In this document: piece by piece, positions 50,820 through 60,192 of the stretch | How the letters are laid out: each line of letters opens with the position of its first letter | Numbering within the stretch: position 1 is the first letter of the stretch | DNA from: a bacterium | GTDB taxonomy: Bacteria > UBA8248 | Direction: 5' to 3' | DNA length: 64,000 bases | Assembly: GCA_965203325.1 (NCBI GenBank) | Contig: OZ241875.1 | Location: 2,560,001 to 2,624,000 of the forward strand | Notes under the pieces: generated by a model | What the model saw: only the letters and a program-made list of their open reading frames with translations | Databases searched by the model: none | Told to the model about the DNA's origin: nothing | Position numbers and translations under genes: made by a program

Positions 50820-50866
50820 CCGAAGGTGGCGATAGGCGCGCACGGGATACAGGGTCACGGGAAGGT

Positions 50867-52253
50867 GAGTTACGCTCAAAACTTGTGTATGGGCTGAATT
50901 GAAGAAGGCGGCGCATCCTGCTGAAATAGGGTTTGCCAAATAGCCCGGTCATTCAGCACAAGGAGATGCGCCACCATGAGAGAAGATACGACGATTCCCA
51001 TGAAGAATCCAGCCCTACGGGACGAGTTGAGCGAACTGTTGCGCGCGGGCGCGCGACGAATCATCCGCCAGGCGGTGGAAGCGGAGTTGGCGGCGTTTCT
51101 CGAAGAATATGCGGGCGATCGTGACGCGCAGGGCCGCCGCGCGGTGGTTCGCAACGGGTATCTGCCGTCGCGGGAGGTGTTGACGGGAGTGGGTCCGGTG
51201 CGTGTCCAGGTGCCCCGGACGCGGGACAGGTCGGGGTCGGGGCGGCGTTTCCGCTCGGAGTTGCTGCCGCCGTATCTGCGCAAGACGCGGCGCGTGGAAG
51301 CGGTGATACCGTGGCTGTACCTGAAGGGGGTATCGACGAACGACTTCGGCGAGGCGCTCACGGCGCTGTTCGGCGAGTCGGTGGGGGGCTTGTCCCCGGC
51401 GAGCGTCTCGCGGCTCAAGGAGGGCTGGGAGCGCGAGTACGCGCAGTGGCGCGAGCGGGCGTGGCACGGGGAGGAGTTCGCGTATCTGTGGGCGGACGGC
51501 ATCTACGTGAACGTTCGCAGCGGGGAGCGGCGCTGCCTTCTGGTGGTCGTGGGCTGCGACGCGCGAGGCCGCAAGCGCTTCCTGGCCCTGGAGGCGGGGT
51601 TCCGTGAATCGAAGGAGAGCTGGAAGGCGGTTTTGTTGCGCCTGCGGGAGCGGGGCGTGAAGGCGGCGAAGCTCGCCGTGGGCGACGGGGGGCTGGGGTT
51701 GTGGTCGGCGCTGGCCGAGGTGTACCCCGGGACCCGGGCGCAGCGCTGCTGGGTGCACAAGACGGCGAACGTTCTCGACAAGCTGCCCAAGAGCGCTCAG
51801 GTCGAAGCGAGGCCGATGCTGTATGAGATGTGGAGGGCGGAGACCCGCGCGCATGCGGAGAAGGCGTTCGAACGCTTTCTCGCCACCTGGGAGGCGAAGT
51901 ATCCCAAGGCCGCCGCGTGCCTGTCGAGGGACCGCGAGGAGTTGTTCGCCTTCTACGACTTCCCGGCGGCGCACTGGCGGAGCATTCGGACGACGAACCC
52001 GATCGAGTCGACCTTCGCCACGATCCGGCTGCGAACGGCGAAGACGAGGAACTGCCTGAGCGAGAAGACGGCGCTGAGCCTGATTCACCAACTCGCCATG
52101 AGCGCCGAGAAGCGATGGGGGCGGCTGGGCGGCTTGCGCCAGCTGGCCGACGTGATCACCGACGTGAGGTTCATCGATGGGATGAACGAAAAACAAACCG
52201 GCAGGGAGGCCGCTGAACTCAAGACGGCCATACACAACATTTGACAGTAACTC
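50867..52253 (+). mobile_element. Complete IS256-family insertion sequence
   Basis: IRL GAGTTACGCTCAAAACTTGTGTATGG, IRR CCATACACAACATTTGACAGTAACTC; 9-bp target duplication CGGGAAGGT at 50858-50866 and 52254-52262. Confidence 0.92.
50976..52244 (+). CDS. IS256-family transposase
   Basis: RNGY, YLWADG, VGDGGLG, QRCWVHK, RTTNPIES. Confidence 0.95.
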   Translation: MREDTTIPMKNPALRDELSELLRAGARRIIRQAVEAELAAFLEEYAGDRDAQGRRAVVRNGYLPSREVLTGVGPVRVQVPRTRDRSGSGRRFRSELLPPYLRKTRRVEAVIPWLYLKGVSTNDFGEALTALFGESVGGLSPASVSRLKEGWEREYAQWRERAWHGEEFAYLWADGIYVNVRSGERRCLLVVVGCDARGRKRFLALEAGFRESKESWKAVLLRLRERGVKAAKLAVGDGGLGLWSALAEVYPGTRAQRCWVHKTANVLDKLPKSAQVEARPMLYEMWRAETRAHAEKAFERFLATWEAKYPKAAACLSRDREELFAFYDFPAAHWRSIRTTNPIESTFATIRLRTAKTRNCLSEKTALSLIHQLAMSAEKRWGRLGGLRQLADVITDVRFIDGMNEKQTGREAAELKTAIHNI

Positions 52254-52363
52254 CGGGAAGGTCTGCGCTCCCCACCCCATTGCCGCGGTGCGGACGGCGG
52301 TGCTATTTTCAGCGGACCGGAATCACTCGTTTTCAGAAGCAGCTTTCCAGGAGGATCACCCGC

Positions 52364-52723
52364 ATGAAAGTCCTCATCAAGAGTCCCTGGGGGTCGGACG
52401 AGTCCACCAAGGCGTCGTTCGCCTTTTTGCACGCGAACGCGTTTGCCGAAGCCGGCCACGAGGTGCGGCTGTTCCTGCTCGGCGAGGCGGCGAACCTGAT
52501 GAAGGACGAGGTGATGAGCGCGATTACGCCCGTCGGCTGGCCGCCTCTCAGGGAGACGTTCGCGCAGACGATGGCGCACGCGATTCCCGTCAACATATGA
52601 ACGGCGTGCGCGCGGGCCCGTGCGGTCACCGAAGCCGATCTCGAAGGCAAGAGCGCGCGTTTCGTGACGCCTCCGGACCTTGTGGCCCTCGTCGAATGGG
52701 CCGACAAGGTCCTGAGCGAGTAG
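52364..52723 (+). CDS. DsrE-family protein with in-frame TGA (probable selenocysteine, UxxC)
   Basis: AGGAGG RBS; GHEVRLFLLGEAA; TGA at 52598-52600 followed in frame by TACARAR...LVEWADKVLSE. Confidence 0.8.
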
Positions 52724-52765
52724 ATCGATTCCGTAATGCCTCCCAAGCCGGGAATGAGCTGCAAA

Positions 52766-52936
52766 GTCGTCATTCCGGCGCGAAACCATATTCGCCACTC
52801 GGAAAAAGTCGGGTCGCATATATGTCGGACATATATGTCCGACCTACACCAAAACCATGCGCGATGATTGTAGGGCCCGCATATATGCGGCCCATCTGTC
52901 TTGCCCGCCTCGGTCGGAATTAACACCGGAATGACG
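52766..52936. repeat. Nested REP cluster
   Basis: Outer CGTCATTCCGG / CCGGAATGACG pair enclosing GTCGGACATATATGTCCGAC-CTAC and GTAG-GGCCCGCATATATGCGGCCC. Confidence 0.7.
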
Positions 52937-53074
52937 AACAAAACCGCGCCACCCCTTGTAGTGGGTCGTTCTGGTGAACGGCCCAAGGCCGCGACCTGTC
53001 CCTGAAGGTTTCACCACGGCAAAAACTTGAACGGAGCCCGAAACGGGGGTAACCTGTCCGCGACTCGATAACGT

Positions 53075-54562
53075 ATGGAGGCGCGCATGGACACGGGGGC
53101 GGAGCCGCTCGCTCAGGCGGAGGGCGGGAGGCCTTTCGCGGGATACGATCTGGATTCGCGTTTTTATGACGAGATGTTCGACGCGGAGGGCGCTCCGCAC
53201 GATGCGTGCGGACGGCTGAAAGACGCGCTCTCGGAACTCACGCCCGAGGACCTGGAAAAACTCCAGGAGGGCGTCTACCGCCGTTTTCTCTACGAGGGCA
53301 TCACCTTCACGGTGCTCGACGCGGAGGAAGCCACCGAGCGAATCATCCCCATCGACTGCGTGCCCCGGCTGCTGACGGCGGCGGAGTGGGACCACATCGA
53401 ACGCGGCCTCAAGCAGCGCCTCGCCGCGCTCAACCTCTTCCTGAAAGACGTCTACGGCGAGGGCCGCTGCCTGCGCGAGGGGCTCGTGCCCGTCGACCTC
53501 GTACTCGGCTGTCCGCAATACCGCATGGAGATGCGCGGCCTCAAAGTCCCCCACGACGTCTACGTCGCCGTGTGCGGGACCGACATCGTCCGCACCCACG
53601 AGGGGTTCGCCGTCCTGGAGGACAACCTGCGCGTCCCCTCGGGCGTCTCCTACATGCTCGCCTGCCGGAACGCCATCAAGGACGTGCTGCCCGGGCTCTA
53701 CCGCGAGCACCGGGTGCGCGAGGTGGCCGACTACGCCGAGCATCTCCACTCGGCGCTCGTCTCCCTGGGCCACTCGCCGCGAGAGCCGAACGTGGCGGTG
53801 CTCACGCCCGGCATCTTCAACTCCGCCTACTACGAACACGCCTTCCTCGCCGGCGAGATGGGCGTCGACCTCGTGGAGGGGCAGGACCTGATCGTCCGCG
53901 ACGCCGCCCTCTACGCGCGAACGACGGCGGGGCTTCGGCGGATCGACGTGCTCTACCGCCGCGTGGACGATGATTTTCTCGATCCCCTCACGTTCCGGAG
54001 CGACTCGGCCCTGGGCGCGGCGGGGCTTTTCCACGCCTACCGCGCGGGGAACCTCGTGCTCGCCAACGCGCCCGGTACCGGCGTGGCCGACGACAAGAGC
54101 ATCTACGCCTACGTGCCGAAGATCATCCGCTATTTCCTGGGCGAGGAGCCGATACTCGCCAACGTCGAGACGCACCTGTGCCGCGAGCCCGAAGGGCTGG
54201 CCTACACGCTGGAGCACCTGGGCGAACTCGTGGTGAAGGAAGTGGGCGGCTCGGGCGGCTACGGGATGCTGGTCGGCCCCCACGCCACGTCGGCCGAGCG
54301 CGCGGAATTCGCCGGGCGGCTGCGCGCGGACCCGGCGAACTTCATCGCCCAGCCCACGCTCGCGCTCTCGCGCTCGCCGTGCTTCGTCGAGGGGGGCATC
54401 GAGCCGCGCCACGTGGACCTGCGCCCCTTCGTGCTCCAGGGGCGCGAGGAGCAGCACGTGGTTCCGGGCGGGCTGTGCCGCGTCGCGCTCCGGCGCGGCA
54501 GCCTCGTGGTGAACTCGAGCCAGGGCGGAGGCTGCAAGGACATCTGGGTGCTGGAGTCGTAG
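53075..54562 (+). CDS. Circularly permuted type 2 ATP-grasp protein
   Basis: YDEMF, VLEDNLRVPSGVSY, NSAYYEH, YRRVDD, VVNSSQGGGCKD. Confidence 0.92.
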   Translation: MEARMDTGAEPLAQAEGGRPFAGYDLDSRFYDEMFDAEGAPHDACGRLKDALSELTPEDLEKLQEGVYRRFLYEGITFTVLDAEEATERIIPIDCVPRLLTAAEWDHIERGLKQRLAALNLFLKDVYGEGRCLREGLVPVDLVLGCPQYRMEMRGLKVPHDVYVAVCGTDIVRTHEGFAVLEDNLRVPSGVSYMLACRNAIKDVLPGLYREHRVREVADYAEHLHSALVSLGHSPREPNVAVLTPGIFNSAYYEHAFLAGEMGVDLVEGQDLIVRDAALYARTTAGLRRIDVLYRRVDDDFLDPLTFRSDSALGAAGLFHAYRAGNLVLANAPGTGVADDKSIYAYVPKIIRYFLGEEPILANVETHLCREPEGLAYTLEHLGELVVKEVGGSGGYGMLVGPHATSAERAEFAGRLRADPANFIAQPTLALSRSPCFVEGGIEPRHVDLRPFVLQGREEQHVVPGGLCRVALRRGSLVVNSSQGGGCKDIWVLES

Positions 54563-54581
54563 CGTTCGATACCGATCGGAG

Positions 54582-54783
54582 CGTAGGGGAGGACCCGTGT
54601 GTTCTCCCGCTGAGTGTTGTTTTGATTGTCAACCCAGGTGTAGGGGCCGCATACATGCGGCCCATGTAGTGGGTTAAAAAAATCAGGGTCGCATATATGC
54701 GACCCCTACAGTCCAACGGCTCGGTTGACCCGGAATGACGGCCAAAACGGGAAACGGGAGGACACACGAGTTCTCCCCTACGG
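54582..54783. repeat. Nested REPIN (two GTAG-type REP doublets)
   Basis: CGTAGGGGAGGACCCGTGTGTTCTCCC ... GGGAGGACACACGAGTTCTCCCCTACG enclosing TGTAGGGGCCGCATACATGCGGCCC ... GGGTCGCATATATGCGACCCCTACA. Confidence 0.75.
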
Positions 54784-54813
54784 GCATCATCGGGTCGTAC
54801 AGGAGAGAGAATC

Positions 54814-55788
54814 ATGCTGGCTCGGGTCGCCGCCGATTTCTACTGGATGGGCCGCTACGTCGAGCGCGTCGAGCAGACGGCGCGTCTTCTCGAATACCAG
54901 CTCAACCGGCTCGTCGATCGCTCCGTCGATGAGCTGGCCGTCGGGTGGGCGGCGATATACCGGGCGCTGGGCCAGCCCCCGCCCGGAGCGGTTTCGGGCG
55001 CTGAAGAAGCGGAGGCGTATGTCATTCCCGACGCCTACACGCTCGCGGGCAACCTCGTGGAGGAGGGCGCGCACCCCGACTCCATCCTCTCGTGCTGGCG
55101 CCAGGCGCGCGAGAACGGCCAGCGCGTGCGGGCGCAGCTTCCGCTCGCGATATGGACGCGGCTCAACCAGGGCTACCTCTGGATGCGGGAGGTGAATTTC
55201 GCCAGGGAGTGGGAGCAGGCCCCGGCGCGGCTCGCGCTCGACATCATCGACCGCATGCGGCTTTTCGCGGGCGTCGTGCACTCGACGATGCCGCGCGACG
55301 ACGCCTGGCGCTTTCTCGAACTGGGCCGCTTCATCGAGCGGGCGCAGCACCAGGCCGCGCTCCTCGAGGCATGGGTCGAGTTCACGCGCGCAAGGGAGGG
55401 CGTCGCCGCGCTCTCGTGGGCGGATCTGCTTCACGTGTGCCGCGCGTACGAAACCTACTGCCGCCGCCATTCGATGAAGATTCAAAGAGAGAACGTGCTC
55501 GGTTTCCTCGCCCGCGACCCCGAGCTTCCCCGCTCGCTTCGCTTCTCCGTGCAGCGGATCGAGGAGGCGCTCGCCGGCATCGACCCGCTCGGCGCGCGCT
55601 ATCCGCTCGCGCCGCCGCACCGGATGGCGCTTCGCCTCACGGCGGCCATCGAGATGGATGCGGCGGGTTCGGCGGAGGTGGATCCGGGCGCGTTCTGCCG
55701 CGCGGTAGGGAGCGACACCCGCGCGCTCCACGACCTCGTGATGGCGTCCTACGTCAACCGCTCCCTGGCCGAGGAGGTTTCGGCGTGA
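54814..55788 (+). CDS. Alpha-E domain protein (DUF403)
   Basis: MLARVA..FYWMGRYVER, ARENG, LGRFIERA, PRSLRF. Confidence 0.9.
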   Translation: MLARVAADFYWMGRYVERVEQTARLLEYQLNRLVDRSVDELAVGWAAIYRALGQPPPGAVSGAEEAEAYVIPDAYTLAGNLVEEGAHPDSILSCWRQARENGQRVRAQLPLAIWTRLNQGYLWMREVNFAREWEQAPARLALDIIDRMRLFAGVVHSTMPRDDAWRFLELGRFIERAQHQAALLEAWVEFTRAREGVAALSWADLLHVCRAYETYCRRHSMKIQRENVLGFLARDPELPRSLRFSVQRIEEALAGIDPLGARYPLAPPHRMALRLTAAIEMDAAGSAEVDPGAFCRAVGSDTRALHDLVMASYVNRSLAEEVSA

Positions 55789-56648
55789 TAGTGAGCTACA
55801 CGGTCGAGCACGCCATGCGCTTCGATTACGCAGAGCCCGTGCAGGCTTCGGTGATGACGCTCTACCTGTGCCCGCTCCGCGACCGCGCCCAGACCCTGTG
55901 CGAGTTTTCGCTGCGCACCGACCCCGAGGGGCGGCTCTTCGAGTTCACCGACCCGTTCGGCAACACCGCGCACTTTCTGGACCGTCCCCGCTCGCACCCG
56001 CGCTTCGAAGTCAAGGCGCGCTCGCGCGTGGAAGTGGGTCCCCTGGTCTCCGCTCCCGAGCGGCTCGATCCCGGCGCGCCCGAAGCGCTTTCGAGCGCCG
56101 TCCGCACGCCCGAGCTCTGGCCGCTGGCGCACCCGAGCCGCTTCGTTCGCCCGAGTCCGGCGCTGGATGCGTTCGTGACGAAACACGGCATCGCTCCGGG
56201 GGACGACCCTCTCGTGAGCGTGCGCGCGCTTTGCGCGAAACTCCATGACGTCTTCGAGTACATTCCGGGCCATACCCGGGCGGATTCGCCCATCGAGGAC
56301 ATCCTGGAGACCGGGCGGGGGGTCTGCCAGGACTACGCGCACGTGATGGCCGCCATCGTGCGCGGCTGGGGGGTTCCGTGCCGCTACGTGTCGGGCTATC
56401 TGGGGCCCGAAACCGCGGGCGCGGCCACGGGCGAGAGCCACGCATGGGTGGAGTGCTGGTTTCCCGGCGTGGGGTGGACGGGCTTCGACCCGACGAACAA
56501 CACCGAGGGCGACGAGCGCCACGTCCGCGTGGCGGTGGGCCGCGACTACGCCGACGTGCCCCCGAGCCGGGGCGTTTTCCGGGGAAACGGCGGCTCGGAG
56601 CTCACCACCGAGGTGAAGATAGAGCGGCACCCGGGCGATCGGGGCTGA
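55785..56648 (+). CDS. Transglutaminase-family protein
   Basis: GTGA overlap start; GVCQDYAH, RYVSGYL, SHAWVE, FDPTN, GRDYADV. Confidence 0.92.
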   Translation: MIVSYTVEHAMRFDYAEPVQASVMTLYLCPLRDRAQTLCEFSLRTDPEGRLFEFTDPFGNTAHFLDRPRSHPRFEVKARSRVEVGPLVSAPERLDPGAPEALSSAVRTPELWPLAHPSRFVRPSPALDAFVTKHGIAPGDDPLVSVRALCAKLHDVFEYIPGHTRADSPIEDILETGRGVCQDYAHVMAAIVRGWGVPCRYVSGYLGPETAGAATGESHAWVECWFPGVGWTGFDPTNNTEGDERHVRVAVGRDYADVPPSRGVFRGNGGSELTTEVKIERHPGDRG

Positions 56649-56653
56649 CGCAC

Positions 56654-56850
56654 GGGGCGGTTGAAAAAGTCTCGCTTCTCAGGGGATAAAGGCACCCCCC
56701 CTACCCTCCTTGTCAGGGGTCAAAACCGACCGAAGAGGGAGGTTTTGCAAGACGATGTGTTTCTCGTCAATGGCTCATGCAAACGCTCGTTCATCACTCG
56801 CGTTTGACCCCTGTCAAGGGGGGGTAGGGGGGGTTGGTTTTCTGACGCAC
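56654..56850. mobile_element. MITE/REP composite, copy 4 (degenerate)
   Basis: GGGGCGGTTGAAAAAGTC left end; CCTTGTCAGGGG / CCCCTGTCAAGG palindromes as in copy 3; 31-nt module shared in inverted form with copy 1. Confidence 0.55.
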
Positions 56851-56922
56851 GGCGGCCGCCCCCCGAAGATTCGCTCATCGGGTTTCTGCGTCGAATTATC
56901 GAATCGTCGAATGGAGGAGAAA

Positions 56923-57801
56923 ATGCGATTTTCATTAAAAAAACTTTGTGCCGTCATGACCGCGCTGGCGGTATGCGCGATCTTGAGCATGGCGGGTACG
57001 AGCGCCGCCCAGGAGGCGAAGCCCACCGGCTGGTACGTGGGCGCGAGTGTTGGACTCAACAAGACTTCAGGAATCGAGCAGGCGGGCTGGAACCGCGACA
57101 ACGTCTGCTACCCCGGAGATGACTGCAGCCGCCTGGAAGGCGGCAGGCCCGGCGGCTACCGGTGGTATTACGATCTTGATGCGGACGAGGGCGCCGCGCT
57201 GGAGATTTCTGTCGGCCGCACCCTGGGCGCGTTCCGCCTGGAACTCGCGCTGGCCCAGCGGAAGAACGACCTCGATCAGAAATTCACCGGCATCACCTAT
57301 CTGGACGGCTCCTCCCGGACGCCCGCCGCAAGCAGCGACTACCAGAGCGACTCCGCCGCCGGGGTCGACGATCTGACGACGCGCACCCTCTCGCTGAACG
57401 CCTACTACGACTTCTCCCTCCCGGAGAGCCGCTTCACGCCTTATCTGGGCTTGGGCGCAGGCGTTTCTTTCGTCGAGGTCGGCGGGGTGTATTACGAGGG
57501 CCGATACTCGTGCAAGCCCTCCGCGCCCGACTGCGACAGGCCCGAACAGTACGACGGCCTCCAGGACGAGGACTTGACCGACACGGTCTTGTCCGCGCAC
57601 CTGCACGCCGGTCTCGACTACCGCGTGAGCGAGCGGGTGCTTCTCGGCGTGAAACTCACCTATTCCATGGTGAGTGACATGAAGGACGTCAAGGGCGAAT
57701 ATATCGAGCATGCCATTTCCGGCCTTCCCAACTTCACCACGATCAGCGGCATGAACCACTGGTCGGTGATGTTCGGCGTGAAATATTTTTTCGGGGAGTG
57801 A
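56923..57801 (+). CDS. Outer-membrane beta-barrel protein (opacity/P44-Msp2-like)
   Basis: Signal peptide; GWYVGASVG, LNAYYDF, TPYLGLGAG, C-terminal GVKYFF. Confidence 0.85.
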   Translation: MRFSLKKLCAVMTALAVCAILSMAGTSAAQEAKPTGWYVGASVGLNKTSGIEQAGWNRDNVCYPGDDCSRLEGGRPGGYRWYYDLDADEGAALEISVGRTLGAFRLELALAQRKNDLDQKFTGITYLDGSSRTPAASSDYQSDSAAGVDDLTTRTLSLNAYYDFSLPESRFTPYLGLGAGVSFVEVGGVYYEGRYSCKPSAPDCDRPEQYDGLQDEDLTDTVLSAHLHAGLDYRVSERVLLGVKLTYSMVSDMKDVKGEYIEHAISGLPNFTTISGMNHWSVMFGVKYFFGE

Positions 57802-57863
57802 TGGGGGGTCTCCCGGACCACGATAACGAGATAAGCGGCGCACACGAGTTGAGGATATGACTG

Positions 57864-58937
57864 ATGACCGGAATCTGGACGAATAGCGGCGAAAAATGGG
57901 AGTGGGGCAAACCTCGCGCATTCGAGGACGAGGCCACTTTGCATGAACTCATCAAAGAGAATCCGCAATTCCTGCCCTTAAGCGGTTCTCCTCGCCTCGT
58001 GGTTCTGGGTTCTGAAATCCAGTTGGGAAACGGATACGCGGACATCCTTGCGGTCGAATCCTCTGGTCGTCCCGCGATCATCGAAGTGAAGCTGGAGCGC
58101 AACCCCGAGGCGCGGAAAGCCATCGTGTCGCAGATTATCGCGTATGCGGCCTTTCTCCAGGGATTCAGTATTGAGGATCTTGAGCGGGGTCCTCTTCACA
58201 GGTTTCTTACAGATGCGGGCCATGTGTCCATATTCGACGCGGTGAAAGCCCAAGATCAGGAAGGGGCGGTGGATGCCGATTCGTTCACGGCCTCGTTGCA
58301 GGACTACCTTCAGCGAGGCAGCTTTAGATTGGTTCTTGTGTTGGACGACGTTCCAACCGAACTGGAAAGAGTCGTCGCTTATCTGGATGCAATCACCGTC
58401 CAGGCGTTGACGATCGATCTGATCACGCTCAAGGTCTATGAAGTAAATGGCGCGCAGGTCGCTCTGCCCCAGCGTGTCTCGCCCGATCTAAGTGCATCTG
58501 TCCCGTCTGAGGGCTCAAGACCTGCTGCGTCCCGAGGAAAGCTCACTGATGGTTCTGATGTATTTCGAGCATCAATCGAAGAGACTACCGGCGAGACCCG
58601 CAAGGCGTTCGATGAATTGATTGCATGGGCGGAAGGGTTGGACTCGTTACCGAACGTGCGTCTCTCCACTTATATGGGCGTCGAAGGCGAACGCTTCACC
58701 CTCCTGCCTCGCATCATGCCGGACAATGCCGGCTTCGTGACCATCTGGAATGACAAGCATCAGCCCTATATATCTGTGTGGCGGACGGTGTTCGAGCGAC
58801 GCGCTCCCAAGGCGCTCGAAACTGTGGAACAAGCCGTCCAGCCAGGCAGAATCGGGCAGGGAAATGTGCTTAAGGAAATCACGCCTGAAATCCTCGAAGC
58901 GTTGACGCAGGCGTATCAAGAGGCGAATGGGGACTAA
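57864..58937 (+). CDS. NucS/EndoMS-like PD-(D/E)xK domain protein
   Basis: EATLHELI...E.QLGNGYADILAV...IIEVKL...QIIAYA. Confidence 0.7.
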   Translation: MTGIWTNSGEKWEWGKPRAFEDEATLHELIKENPQFLPLSGSPRLVVLGSEIQLGNGYADILAVESSGRPAIIEVKLERNPEARKAIVSQIIAYAAFLQGFSIEDLERGPLHRFLTDAGHVSIFDAVKAQDQEGAVDADSFTASLQDYLQRGSFRLVLVLDDVPTELERVVAYLDAITVQALTIDLITLKVYEVNGAQVALPQRVSPDLSASVPSEGSRPAASRGKLTDGSDVFRASIEETTGETRKAFDELIAWAEGLDSLPNVRLSTYMGVEGERFTLLPRIMPDNAGFVTIWNDKHQPYISVWRTVFERRAPKALETVEQAVQPGRIGQGNVLKEITPEILEALTQAYQEANGD

Positions 58938-59044
58938 GCACACCCCCCACCCGCGTTGACATCCCTCAATCCAGCCTACAGAATGCGCTCGTGCGTCACC
59001 GGGCAGTTCGATTCTCCGATGAGACGAAAAACGGAAGGTGAACC

Positions 59045-60184
59045 ATGAGCCGCGACTTCATGCGCTCGCGCGTCCAGGGCGGCCCTCTGGGCGATATCCT
59101 CGAAAAGGTCGAGGCGGGGCTGCGTCTCACTTTCGAGGAGGGTGTGCGCCTCTACGAGGCCGAGGACATCAACGCCGTGGGCTATCTGGCGAACATCGCC
59201 CGCGAGCGGCTGCACGGGAACCGCACCTACTACAACGTGAACAGCCACATCAACTACTCGAACATCTGCGTGCTGTGGAAGGCGTGCAAGTTCTGCGCGT
59301 TCGGCAAAAAAGAAGGCCAGCAGGACGCATATGCGTATTCGCTGGAGGAAATCTTCAAGATGGCGGAGACGCTGGGCCGGGGCCGCACCGAGTTCCACAT
59401 GGTGGGCGGCCTGCATCCCGATCTCCCCTTCGACTACTATCTCGAAATGATACAGGGCATCAAGGAGATCCACCCCCAGCTGCACCTCAAGGTCTTCACG
59501 GCGACTGAGATCCGCTTTCTCGCCGATCACATCGCGAAGATGAGCGTCGAGGAGACGCTGGATCATCTCGTGCGCTCGGGGCTCGGTTCGCTCACGGGCG
59601 GCGGGGCGGAGATATTCGCCGAACCCACGCGCTCTAAAATCTGCAAGGGCAAGCACTCGGGCGAGGACTGGCTCGAGATCCACCGCATCGCCCACAACAA
59701 GGGCATCCGCAGCACGTGCACCATGCTCTACGGCCACGTGGAATCGAACGAGGACCGCGTGGACCACATGCTCAGGCTCCGGGAGTTGCAGGACGAGACC
59801 GGCGGCTTCACCACCTTCATCCCGCTCGCGTTCCATCCCGAAAACACGCAGATGGACGACATCCCCCCCACGGGCGGGATGCTCGACGTCCGGAACTACG
59901 CGGTCGGCCGCCTTCTGCTCGACAACATTCCCCACATCAAGGCCTACTGGATTATGGTGGGCCAGCCCGTCGCGCAGATATCGCAGCGCTTCGGCGTGGA
60001 CGATCTGGACGGCACCGTCGTTCAGGAGAAGATCTACCACATGGCGGGCGCCAAGACGCCGCACGAACTCACCGTGAACGACATCCGCCGCCTCATCCGT
60101 GAGGCGGGGCGCGAGCCCGTCGAGCGCGACACGCTCTACCGGGAAGTCACGCGCCAGGGAGATCAATGGGCAGTCCACGCCTGA
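59045..60184 (+). CDS. mqnE: Aminofutalosine synthase (radical SAM)
   Basis: NYSNIC...CKFCAF, VGGLHP, GGGAEIF, TMLYGHVE, HIKAYW, DGTVVQEKIYHMAGA; adjacent to mqnA. Confidence 0.92.
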   Translation: MSRDFMRSRVQGGPLGDILEKVEAGLRLTFEEGVRLYEAEDINAVGYLANIARERLHGNRTYYNVNSHINYSNICVLWKACKFCAFGKKEGQQDAYAYSLEEIFKMAETLGRGRTEFHMVGGLHPDLPFDYYLEMIQGIKEIHPQLHLKVFTATEIRFLADHIAKMSVEETLDHLVRSGLGSLTGGGAEIFAEPTRSKICKGKHSGEDWLEIHRIAHNKGIRSTCTMLYGHVESNEDRVDHMLRLRELQDETGGFTTFIPLAFHPENTQMDDIPPTGGMLDVRNYAVGRLLLDNIPHIKAYWIMVGQPVAQISQRFGVDDLDGTVVQEKIYHMAGAKTPHELTVNDIRRLIREAGREPVERDTLYREVTRQGDQWAVHA

Positions 60185-60192
60185 GCACCGCC

